Source: a virus
Taxonomy: Duplodnaviria > Caudoviricetes
IMG/VR virus record: IMGVR_UViG_3300032240_000649
Coordinates: 1-54,651 of that record
Reading direction: 5' to 3' (one strand)
DNA length: 54,651 nucleotides
Under the pieces are notes generated by a model that saw only the letters and a list, made by a program, of their open reading frames with translations, had not been told where the DNA came from and ran no database searches. Positions 46,954 to 54,651 of the stretch are shown piece after piece (position 1 is the stretch's first letter; each line of letters begins with the position of its first letter). Position numbers and translations under genes: made by a program.

Positions 46954-47739
46954 ACCAAATTGTTTACCCGCCAAGGCGTCGAGTTCACCGGCACCGTTGA
47001 GACCAACGAGGCTGGCAAGGCCGTGCGTTATGTCAACGTGAGCTGCGACCGTTGCCACGTCATCAACGGCCAGCGCCTGTGGATCATGGGCACTGAGAAT
47101 GGCCGCCCCTACAGCAAGACCGGCTTTGACTGCTGGACCTGCGGCAACACCGGCGTGCGTGGTACACGTCAAGAGCGTTTGTTCACTGAGGCCGAGTTGG
47201 CCCGCGCCAACAAAACCGCAGCCACCCGCGCCGCTCGCAAGGCCGAGGCCGACCGTGTGGCCCGCGAGCAGATCGAGGCCGCCCGTGCAGCCAAAGATAG
47301 CGAGTTCCGCGCAACCTGCGGTGAGTTTATTGCCAAGCTGGCCACACTCAACGGTGAGTTCTGGGACGGCTTCCGCGAATCCTTCCTGAGCCGCGCTGTG
47401 GCCCCTACAGAGCGCCAGATCGCGCTTGTTGATGCCGAGGTAGCCAAGCGTGCTGCAAACGCCGCCAGCGCCCATATCGCGGCCGTGGGCGATAAGGTCA
47501 CCCTGAGCATCACCGTCGAGCGCATTGTGGTGCTGGAGTCTCAAATTTACGGCACAAACTACATCACCATTGGCCGCACGCCAGAGGGCTGCGTGGTGAC
47601 CTACAAGGGCCGCGTTGACCTCGGTGGCGTGGGCGACACCAACACCGTCAAGGCTACGGTTTGCGCGCATACCGTATACAACGGCGTGGCCCAGACTGGC
47701 ATCCAACGCCCCAAGCTGGTTGAAGAAGTATTAGGGTAA
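46951..47739 (+). CDS. Hypothetical protein: Zn finger, coiled coil and OB-fold-like C-terminus
   Basis: CDRC...CWTC; VGDKVTLSITV...KATVCAHTVYNGVAQTGIQRPK. Confidence 0.7.
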   Translation: MTKLFTRQGVEFTGTVETNEAGKAVRYVNVSCDRCHVINGQRLWIMGTENGRPYSKTGFDCWTCGNTGVRGTRQERLFTEAELARANKTAATRAARKAEADRVAREQIEAARAAKDSEFRATCGEFIAKLATLNGEFWDGFRESFLSRAVAPTERQIALVDAEVAKRAANAASAHIAAVGDKVTLSITVERIVVLESQIYGTNYITIGRTPEGCVVTYKGRVDLGGVGDTNTVKATVCAHTVYNGVAQTGIQRPKLVEEVLG

Positions 47740-47843
47740 GTCCTAATAAATATTTTTGATCTGGCTGTGTTGTTGTTTAATTTGAGGTTATACTTTCAAC
47801 ACGGTCAGCAAGATCGGCAACAGCGAAAAGGAACAGCGAAATG
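47732..47843 (+). promoter_or_regulatory. Cassette head 4
   Basis: TAGGGTAAGTCCTAAT, AAATATTTTT, TATACT(47789), CAGCGAAAAGGAACAGCGAAATG; -35 element is weak. Confidence 0.72.
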
Positions 47844-47981
47844 ACACTTTATCAAACAAACCAAGCCATCAGAACGCTTCGCGCAGCAGCGCACTCAGGC
47901 CCCTTACCAATGAAGCTTCACGACGAAATCACGAAGGCTTTGATCAACTTGTTGAACCACAAAGAATCATTGAAAAAGTAA
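47841..47981 (+). CDS. 46-aa hypothetical protein (MTLYQTNQAI...), not in the ORF track
   Basis: Translated by hand; AAGGA RBS within the leader motif. Confidence 0.65.
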   Translation: MTLYQTNQAIRTLRAAAHSGPLPMKLHDEITKALINLLNHKESLKK

Positions 47982-47991
47982 GGAGAGCACC

Positions 47992-48240
47992 ATGTCATAC
48001 ATCGCAGAAATTGAAACCCGTGTGGCAGGCATCCCCTGCATCATCGGCGTCACCCACTTCGAGAGCGTGCGCGGCTCATACAGCTACCACGCTGCCAGCG
48101 ACTGGGACTACCACGGCTACACCGAGGCCGAGTGGGAAGTGCTGGACCGTCGTGGCCGCCCTGCTCCATGGCTGGCCAAGAAGCTGTCCGATAAGGACGA
48201 GTCCCGCATCGAAAAAGAAATCTCAGAATATTTTCAATGA
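47992..48240 (+). CDS. Hypothetical protein
   Basis: AAGGAG RBS; 82 aa. Confidence 0.75.
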   Translation: MSYIAEIETRVAGIPCIIGVTHFESVRGSYSYHAASDWDYHGYTEAEWEVLDRRGRPAPWLAKKLSDKDESRIEKEISEYFQ

Positions 48241-48316
48241 GCTGTTGCAGCCTTGAAAATTTAATGTACAATTAAACCACTGCAACCCGCAGGCAACATT
48301 GAAGGACAGCGAAATG
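48225..48316 (+). promoter_or_regulatory. Cassette head 5 (lacks the TAGGG motif)
   Basis: AATATTTT, TTGCAG(48245)-16-TACAAT(48267), TAAACCACTGC as in head 3, GAAGGACAGCGAAATG. Confidence 0.72.
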
Positions 48317-48508
48317 ACACAAGAAATCGAAACAACCATCTACACCGAAGACGACGTGCGCTTGCATGTCAGCGAGTGGGACGATGGTGGCGCATGGATT
48401 CGCCTCAGCGCCCGCCACGGCTCGATGTCCACGGCTCTGACCCGTGCCGAGGCCGAGCAATTGTTGGCTGGCCTGCAAGCCGTCTTGGCCAAAGAGGTGG
48501 CAGCATGA
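48314..48508 (+). CDS. Hypothetical protein
   Basis: ATG follows the leader motif. Confidence 0.72.
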   Translation: MTQEIETTIYTEDDVRLHVSEWDDGGAWIRLSARHGSMSTALTRAEAEQLLAGLQAVLAKEVAA

Positions 48509-48711
48509 ACTACGGTCAATGGCACGAGGTGTTCACCAACAAGGTCAAGGGCTACGATTGGCACACATGCCGTCGCGCCTTGTTCGATTGCCACGACACG
48601 CTGGCGCTGCATAAGGACCTGTCGACCGACGACGCCTACTACATCAAGCTGTGGGCCGAGATCGACGCCCTGCGCGAACGTCAACTCAAACTCTCAAAGG
48701 TGGCAGCATGA
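48505..48711 (+). CDS. Hypothetical protein
   Basis: GAGG RBS; ATGA coupling. Confidence 0.7.
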   Translation: MNYGQWHEVFTNKVKGYDWHTCRRALFDCHDTLALHKDLSTDDAYYIKLWAEIDALRERQLKLSKVAA

Positions 48712-48851
48712 ACAAGCACGAGATCGACGAAATGATGCGTCATTTACCAAGCCAGCAGCGCGAAGAAACATTGATTGAACGCTGTATAATTGGTACAATG
48801 TTCATTGTGTTTTTGGTATTGCTGATGATGCTGCCCGAGCTGTATCGATAA
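48708..48851 (+). CDS. Small membrane protein
   Basis: ATGA coupling; one C-terminal TM helix. Confidence 0.6.
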   Translation: MNKHEIDEMMRHLPSQQREETLIERCIIGTMFIVFLVLLMMLPELYR

Positions 48852-48950
48852 CCGAACCAAAACCGAATCGGTTCCCCCGACCGCAGAACAAAACGGGGGC
48901 CAAAGAATACTTAAAGCGATCCGAAAGCGAAGAGAAACCGAATCGGTTTC
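48850..48950. repeat. Paired AACCGAATCGGTT palindromes flanking a GC hairpin
   Basis: Palindromes at 48861-73 and 48936-48; CCCCCG...CGGGGG lies between them. Confidence 0.8.
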
Positions 48951-48995
48951 GACCAGCACAAGGGGCTGGGATCACAAAACAAATCGGAGAGCCAC

Positions 48996-49208
48996 ATGGC
49001 AGAACGCATCTACATCGTCCACGGTCCCCAAGGGACCCGCCTCGTCAAAGCCAGCTTGCGCCAGCAGGCATTGAGCCACGTCGCAAACAGCACCTTTGCC
49101 ATTTGCGTCGCATCACAGGACGACCTCGTGAAGGCCATCACGGCTGGGACCAAGATCGAGCAATATCGCGCACCAGAGCAGGCCGACCTGCTTGATGCAG
49201 CCGAATAG
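48996..49208 (+). CDS. Hypothetical protein
   Basis: GGAG RBS; 70 aa. Confidence 0.75.
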   Translation: MAERIYIVHGPQGTRLVKASLRQQALSHVANSTFAICVASQDDLVKAITAGTKIEQYRAPEQADLLDAAE

Positions 49209-49255
49209 CGAATCGGTTACGATAACGGCAAGATCAACGGACGAGGACTACGGTC

Positions 49256-49867
49256 ATGCCAGAAACCGCCGCAAAGCCACCAAAACGAGCCACAGCAGCT
49301 CAAACGCCCAAGGCTAAGGCCAAGGGTGCAGCAACGCCCGCGAGCGCCCCAAAAGCCCAAAAGAAGATGGGAGCACCAAAAGGATCGGGATCAAAGTACA
49401 CCGAACAGATAGCAGACCAGATCTGTGACCTCGTTTCCAATGGAGTCAATCTAAGAGCGGTATGCCGTATGCAGGGTATGCCAGCATGGCGGACGGTTTA
49501 CGATTGGGTGGTGGCAAAGCCTGACTTTGCCGCACGCCTCGCGCGCGCCAGAGAGATGGGTTACGACGCCTTGGCAGAGGAGGCCCTCGAAATCAGCAAC
49601 ACGCCGGTGATGGGCCAGAAGCAGGTGATGGGTGACAACAAGACCTACACCACGGTCGAGGACATGCTTGGCCACCGCAAGCTCCAGATCGAGACGCGCC
49701 TCAAGCTGTTGGCCTGCTGGGACCCTTCCAAGTACGGCAGCCGCACCACGCTGGCCGGTGACGCCAAGAACCCGGTGGTGATCGACGCGGCCAAGGAAGC
49801 CAAGGACCTGCTCGACGCCTTACTGGCCAACGTCGAGCTGACCAAGCAGGCCAAGGTCAATGGCTGA
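49256..49867 (+). CDS. terS: Terminase small subunit (Sf6/P22-like)
   Basis: SKYTEQIADQICDLV..G..LRAVC...MPAWRTVYDW; RKLQIETRLKLLACWDPSKYG; directly upstream of terL. Confidence 0.88.
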   Translation: MPETAAKPPKRATAAQTPKAKAKGAATPASAPKAQKKMGAPKGSGSKYTEQIADQICDLVSNGVNLRAVCRMQGMPAWRTVYDWVVAKPDFAARLARAREMGYDALAEEALEISNTPVMGQKQVMGDNKTYTTVEDMLGHRKLQIETRLKLLACWDPSKYGSRTTLAGDAKNPVVIDAAKEAKDLLDALLANVELTKQAKVNG

Positions 49868-51278
49868 GGTCATCGACTTCTTAAAAGACCCCAAGGTTCA
49901 GAAGAGCCTAGACATTGTCGACCCTTTTTACCGCCTTGCATGGGCATGGCGCATGACGTGGCTCAAGAAGCAGCACGACCACCAGACCCTACCACCGGGC
50001 GAGTGGTGGAGCATCTGGCTGCTGCTGGCCGGTCGTGGAGCCGGTAAAACGCGCACAGCGGCCGAGCAAATCGCGTGGTGGGCCTACACCATGCCCGAGA
50101 CCCGTTGGCTCGTTGCAGCCCCTACCAGCGCCGACGTGAAGGCAACCTGCTTTGAGGGTGACTCCGGCCTGCTGAACATCATCCCGGCCCCGCTGGTGGC
50201 CGACTACAACAAGCAGTACCACGAGCTGCGCCTGCACAACGGCAGCCTGATCAAGGGCATCCCGGCGTCCGAGCCTGAGCGCTTCCGGGGGCCGCAGTTC
50301 CATGGGGGCTGGTGCGACGAGCTGGCTGCGTGGGACTACCTGCAAGAGGCGTGGGACCAGATCCAGTTCGGCATGCGACTGGGTAAGCGCACGCGCCTGA
50401 TCTGCACCACCACGCCCAAGCCCAAGGACCTGATCATCGAGCTGATAGGGCGCGAGGGCGACGACGTGGTGATGACCACGGCCTCGACCTACACCAACCT
50501 CGACAACCTGTCCGACAACTTCCGCAAACAGATCTTGTCCTATGAGGGCACGACGCTGGGGCGGCAGGAGATTTACGCCGAGATCATCGACCCTGAAGAG
50601 GGCGGCATCGTCAAGCGCGACATGTTCAAGCTGTGGCCAGCCGGGAAAGAGTTCCCGCGCTTCGAGTACATCCTGCAAAGCTATGACGTGGCCACGTCTG
50701 AGAAGGTCCAGAACGACCCGACGGCCTGCATCACGTTCGGCGTGTTCAAGCCTGTGGACGGTCCGATGTCGGTCATGGTGATCGACTGCTGGCAAGAGCG
50801 CATGCAGTACCCGGACCTGCGCCCCAAGGTCATCGACGAGTATGAGACCGTCTTCGGCGAGGGCAAGGACCGCAAGCGCGTGGACCTGCTGCTGATTGAG
50901 GACAAGAGCGCGGGCATCAGCCTGATCCAAGACCTGCAACGCGCCCACCTGCCCGTGCGTGCTTACAACCCGGGGCGGGCCGACAAGACCCAGCGCCTGA
51001 ACATCGTGTCCAACATCATCGCCCGTGGCCGGGTGTGGATACCCGAGAGCGACAAGCGCAAGGGCTACGTCAAGGACTGGGCCGAGGGCTTCGTGAGCCA
51101 GATCTGCTCGTTCCCCGAGACCACCCACGACGACCTTGTGGACGCCTGCACGCAGGCCCTGCGCTACCTGCGCGACGCTGGCTGGCTGGACATTGACCCG
51201 CCGCCCAATGACGCGTGGGACGAGGATGACTACGCCGACACCGGCCGAGTAAGGAGGGTAAACCCGTATGCAATCTGA
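49860..51278 (+). CDS. terL: Terminase large subunit
   Basis: AGRGAGKT Walker A, WCDE Walker B, TTTP coupling motif, SYDVA...DPTA, HDDLVDACTQAL nuclease motifs. Confidence 0.95.
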   Translation: MAEVIDFLKDPKVQKSLDIVDPFYRLAWAWRMTWLKKQHDHQTLPPGEWWSIWLLLAGRGAGKTRTAAEQIAWWAYTMPETRWLVAAPTSADVKATCFEGDSGLLNIIPAPLVADYNKQYHELRLHNGSLIKGIPASEPERFRGPQFHGGWCDELAAWDYLQEAWDQIQFGMRLGKRTRLICTTTPKPKDLIIELIGREGDDVVMTTASTYTNLDNLSDNFRKQILSYEGTTLGRQEIYAEIIDPEEGGIVKRDMFKLWPAGKEFPRFEYILQSYDVATSEKVQNDPTACITFGVFKPVDGPMSVMVIDCWQERMQYPDLRPKVIDEYETVFGEGKDRKRVDLLLIEDKSAGISLIQDLQRAHLPVRAYNPGRADKTQRLNIVSNIIARGRVWIPESDKRKGYVKDWAEGFVSQICSFPETTHDDLVDACTQALRYLRDAGWLDIDPPPNDAWDEDDYADTGRVRRVNPYAI

Positions 51279-51435
51279 TGAGACCCAAGTGCCACCGGCC
51301 AAGGTGGAGATGTGCGCCAACCGGTTCGAGTTGGTCAGTGGCTGGCAGCAGCCGCTCGACAAGGACTGGGCGCGGCAAATGTTTGAGACGTGGCTGGCGC
51401 AGCGTGATGGACTTGACAAGCCGCAACGATTATGA
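51268..51435 (+). CDS. 55-aa hypothetical protein (MQSDETQVPP...), not in the ORF track
   Basis: Translated by hand; AAGGAGG RBS inside the end of terL. Confidence 0.6.
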   Translation: MQSDETQVPPAKVEMCANRFELVSGWQQPLDKDWARQMFETWLAQRDGLDKPQRL

Positions 51436-51461
51436 TTAAGGGAAAGTGAAAGGACACCACC

Positions 51462-54400
51462 ATGGCTGATGAAATTCGGGCGCTAGACCCAACGATCCGC
51501 GAGCGGCTGTCGTCCGGGCTTCAGCAGGGCATGGAGGGTCTGGGCATGGACCGCTACAAGGCCCGCCAACGAGCGCAGACGGTTATGGGCGGCGAGAGCA
51601 GCAACCTGCCAATGGGCATGGGCATTGCCGACTTCGTGCCCTTCATTGGGACCACCATGGGCGCTGAGGAAGGCGCTCACGATCTGGGCAAGGCCTACGA
51701 CGCGGCCAAGCGCGGCGACTACATCGATGCGGCGGCCAACACGGTCGGGGCTGCGGCAGGGCTGATCCCCGGCGCGGCAGGCACGGTCAAGGCAGGCAAG
51801 GCGGCCATCAAGAAGCTCAAGGCCATGGAGCTGCCCAAGCTAAAGCCAATCGAAACCGATTCGGTTCCCAAGCGCCAGTCATTGAAAGAGTGGCACGCAG
51901 CCGGTGGCGGCATACCGACCAGCCACAAGGACCGGGCGGACGTCTGGCATCAGAAGGTCCAGCGCTTTGCAGCCGGTGGCGAGGTCTACAACACCGTGCC
52001 CGACATGAGCGACGGCGGCGAGATCATCGACGGCCCGGCTTATGCCAAAGGCGGCGCGGTGACCAAGGTAGCCAAGGACGTCATCGAGGGCGTGGTCGAC
52101 GCCGTCAAGCCAATGGTCGACCGCATCAACATGCACTACAAGGACGTGACCAAGCGCATCCCCGAGCTGCAAGAAGGTGCCCAGAAGATCAAAGACGAGG
52201 AGATGACCCGCGCCCAATATGAGAAGCTGGTCAACAAGTACAAGCCCGTCAAGCCCTACGAATTCATTCCCAAGCCCGCGACCCGCGAGGAGGCCGTCAA
52301 CGCCCTGACGTCGGACAAGCGCGACCTGTACGGCACGCCATCGAGCATGCTCAATGCTGGCCATCCCGTGGGCTTGCGCCTTGACATCCCGGCCTACAGC
52401 GACCACGGCGTGTGGGTTCCGGCCATCCACCAGCAGGACGCTGGCTTTGGTGCTGGAGAGCGCATTGGGTACGAGAGCATCGCCTCGGTGCTGGACCCGC
52501 GCTTTGGCATGGTCGAGAAGGGCGCACTGAACATCGCCGCCGGTAAGCCCAAGGCCACCATTGCCACGATCAAGGGCAACTGGAACCCGATGGACCAAGA
52601 GGCCGCACTGGCCCGCGCCCAAGAGTACCTCGATCACCCCGAGTGGGCGCAGGTGGGCATGGACCCCGAGCGCCACAGCTACTTCTACGACCGCCGCACC
52701 ATGCAGCCCGTCGTAGGGGCCGAGGAGGCCATTCAAGTCGGCCCGCTGGTGCTGGCCCGCAAGCCGCAGTACGGCAACAAGAAGGACTACAAGTACGCCG
52801 GTGGTGGCGCGATCAAGCGCATGGCCAAGAGCGCAATCGAGAGCGCAGCCGAGGCCGCTGGCATGAAGGCTCCGGTCACCGCAGCCAAAGACCTGACGAC
52901 CCTGCAAGACTTCCACACGTCACTGGGTGACGAGGTCCGACGCCGCGCCACCGAAGCCAAGAAGCAAATGGACGCCTTCGACTACAAGTACGACAAGGGC
53001 CAGCGCGTGTTCACTGAGGACAGCGCCAAGAAAAACAGAGCGCCTTACGAGATCATTGAGCGCTACCGCCACGGCAACCAACTGATGTGGGAAGGCGAGC
53101 CGTGGAACAGCAAGAAGATCATGGACCCTGAGACGGGCAAGGCCAAGCGCACGCCATACGAGCCGGGCTACCGCGTCCGGGGCGAGATGGGCGAAATGAT
53201 TTTGCCCGAGACCGCCATCAAGGGCGACGTTGAAATGGCCGGTGGCGGTGCAGCCAAGAAGGGCGCAAAGGAAGTCATCGAGGCTGGCGTCAAGGGCGTC
53301 AAGAGGTTGCTGGGCATGGCCGATGAGGCACCCAAGGGCGTCGAGCCTATCGTGGTCCGCACCCCAGAAGAACGGGCCGTGATTGAGAAGTTTGGCCAGA
53401 AGCAAGAGCAAGAGGCCGCTCGACAGAAGAAGGTCGAGAAGATGGCCAGTGAGAGTGCAGGCCAAAGCCCAGAGGCACAAGCGGCAAAGCCCGCCAAGTC
53501 AAAGGGGCCGCGCACCAAGGTCGAGGCAGACACCTACCGCAAGATGGCCGAGAGCCAAGGCGACGAGGCCGTGCTCAAAGCAGCCCGCGCCGGTGAGCAC
53601 CTCAAGCCCACCAACACCGGTTACGTTGGCGCACCCCGCACCGTGACCAGCGGCCAAGGCCTTGGAGCCATGCGCCGTGGCATCGACAAAGACTTTGCCG
53701 ACTCGGTCGAGGCCGTCAAACTGGCAGACCCCGAGCGGCTGGGCACATGGTACGACCGTGCCAAGCAGGGCATCGCCGAGAGCGTCGAGCCGTATCAGCT
53801 CAACCGCGCATTGGAGCAGCACGGCGTCTACTCCGCTGGCGTCAGCCCCGAGTCAGAATTAGGGTTTGCCCTAAAGCATTTGAACAGCCGCGTGGCCGGT
53901 ATTCCCGAGATGGCCTACCGTGGCGCACCGATGCGCACGCTGGATGAGGCTGTAGCTGAGGGCCGCCCGGTCAAAATGGGCTTCAAGATCGGCGAGTACG
54001 CCAACAAGAACGACCCGCGCATTCCCAACGAGGGCCTGTTTGGCGTGAACGACTTCCGCCGCGCCCAAGGTATGGGCTACACCGACCCGCAGGGCAACCC
54101 GTGGAAGGCTGGCGTGTCCGAGACCATGCACCCGTTCATGGACGCCGAGACCGCCTTGCAGGTGGACCGCGCCAACAAAGCCGGGACCGGTGGCCGCACC
54201 GACTGGGCTGGCCCCCACATTCAAGAGGTGCCGTGGGTTTACGGCAAGGGCCAAGACCTGTACAGCCGGGGCAAGAAGGGCCGCTACGGTGGCGACGAGC
54301 TGGAAGGCATCAAATCGGCCCTGCAAGACGCAAACAACACCGCCCGCGACTACATGTACAAGCACGCAGCCACGGCCACGCACGAGGCCGTTCCCGGCGC

Positions 54401-54651
54401 AAGGCTGGGCCACGTCCGCCAAGTGTTTGACATGACGCCCGAAGAGAAGCTGGAGTACGGCAGGCGCGGCCGCTGGGACTTGCCATCGCCAGAGTCAGCA
54501 CTGAACGAATACCCGGACGTGGGCGCAAGCAACCGCGACATCTTGTACGGTGCGTTGGGATACCGCCAGCTTCCATCACGGGAGACCATGAGCGGTCTGT
54601 ACACCAACAGCCTTGGTGGTGTTGAAAACAACCCCATGACTATGGCCCGGC
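51462..54651 (+). CDS. Polyvalent multidomain protein, N-terminal part (continues through the join to 911; 1325 aa in total)
   Basis: AAGGA RBS then ATG 51462 (MADEIRALDPTIRERL...). The frame is open to the window end and in phase with 15..911; the ORF track omits it because it has no stop in the window. Confidence 0.9.
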   Translation, partial: MADEIRALDPTIRERLSSGLQQGMEGLGMDRYKARQRAQTVMGGESSNLPMGMGIADFVPFIGTTMGAEEGAHDLGKAYDAAKRGDYIDAAANTVGAAAGLIPGAAGTVKAGKAAIKKLKAMELPKLKPIETDSVPKRQSLKEWHAAGGGIPTSHKDRADVWHQKVQRFAAGGEVYNTVPDMSDGGEIIDGPAYAKGGAVTKVAKDVIEGVVDAVKPMVDRINMHYKDVTKRIPELQEGAQKIKDEEMTRAQYEKLVNKYKPVKPYEFIPKPATREEAVNALTSDKRDLYGTPSSMLNAGHPVGLRLDIPAYSDHGVWVPAIHQQDAGFGAGERIGYESIASVLDPRFGMVEKGALNIAAGKPKATIATIKGNWNPMDQEAALARAQEYLDHPEWAQVGMDPERHSYFYDRRTMQPVVGAEEAIQVGPLVLARKPQYGNKKDYKYAGGGAIKRMAKSAIESAAEAAGMKAPVTAAKDLTTLQDFHTSLGDEVRRRATEAKKQMDAFDYKYDKGQRVFTEDSAKKNRAPYEIIERYRHGNQLMWEGEPWNSKKIMDPETGKAKRTPYEPGYRVRGEMGEMILPETAIKGDVEMAGGGAAKKGAKEVIEAGVKGVKRLLGMADEAPKGVEPIVVRTPEERAVIEKFGQKQEQEAARQKKVEKMASESAGQSPEAQAAKPAKSKGPRTKVEADTYRKMAESQGDEAVLKAARAGEHLKPTNTGYVGAPRTVTSGQGLGAMRRGIDKDFADSVEAVKLADPERLGTWYDRAKQGIAESVEPYQLNRALEQHGVYSAGVSPESELGFALKHLNSRVAGIPEMAYRGAPMRTLDEAVAEGRPVKMGFKIGEYANKNDPRIPNEGLFGVNDFRRAQGMGYTDPQGNPWKAGVSETMHPFMDAETALQVDRANKAGTGGRTDWAGPHIQEVPWVYGKGQDLYSRGKKGRYGGDELEGIKSALQDANNTARDYMYKHAATATHEAVPGARLGHVRQVFDMTPEEKLEYGRRGRWDLPSPESALNEYPDVGASNRDILYGALGYRQLPSRETMSGLYTNSLGGVENNPMTMAR
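54529..54651. repeat. Terminal direct repeat, right copy
   Basis: Identical to 1-123. Confidence 0.97.

Noticed and set aside
51255-51265. GGGTAAACCC as a further cassette-boundary motif
   Set aside because: It lacks the following AT tract, promoter and leader, and is explained by terL coding plus the RBS.
49989-51419. Long minus-strand ORFs (also 26902..28347, 30190..31317, 4047..5162, 51879..52916, 11061..12038)
   Set aside because: Antisense shadows of real genes arising from codon bias; no convincing RBS or motifs.
51411-51440. Sigma70 promoter for the polyvalent gene (TTGACA...TATGAT)
   Set aside because: The spacer is only 12 bp.
1-54651. tRNA genes, integrase/att site, alternative genetic code
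   Set aside because: None recognised; standard-code ORFs tile the genome densely and use all three stop codons.

Overview
The window is an apparently complete, circularly permuted tailed-phage genome of 54,528 bp: bases 1-123 are repeated exactly at 54529-54651. Its architecture is podovirus-like. It carries terS/terL, a P22-type portal, a GroES-like gene, scaffold, capsid, adaptors, fibres, lysis genes embedded in the tail block, a nozzle and four large ejection-type proteins. It also has a leftward recombination operon, a lambdoid-style Cro/DUF1376 initiator/DnaB-like replication block, and an array of small early cassettes, each with its own promoter. I see no integrase, CI-like repressor, DNA or RNA polymerase, tRNA or CRISPR array. 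The host is probably a proteobacterium (inference only). The strongest candidate for a new system is a short [F/Y/M/L]-[A/K]-x-G-G motif. It delimits modules in four separate late proteins, including a 1325-aa polyvalent protein between terL and portal that the ORF track missed because it wraps the contig end; this suggests a polyprotein-processing or virion-cargo tagging system. Other highlights are an H-type pseudoknot 8 nt after a stop codon that separates two in-frame genes, repeated cassette-boundary and AGCGAA leader motifs, initiator-type palindromes near terS, and a ferritin-like dimetal protein within the tail module. All family calls come from recognising motifs by eye; no searches were run.
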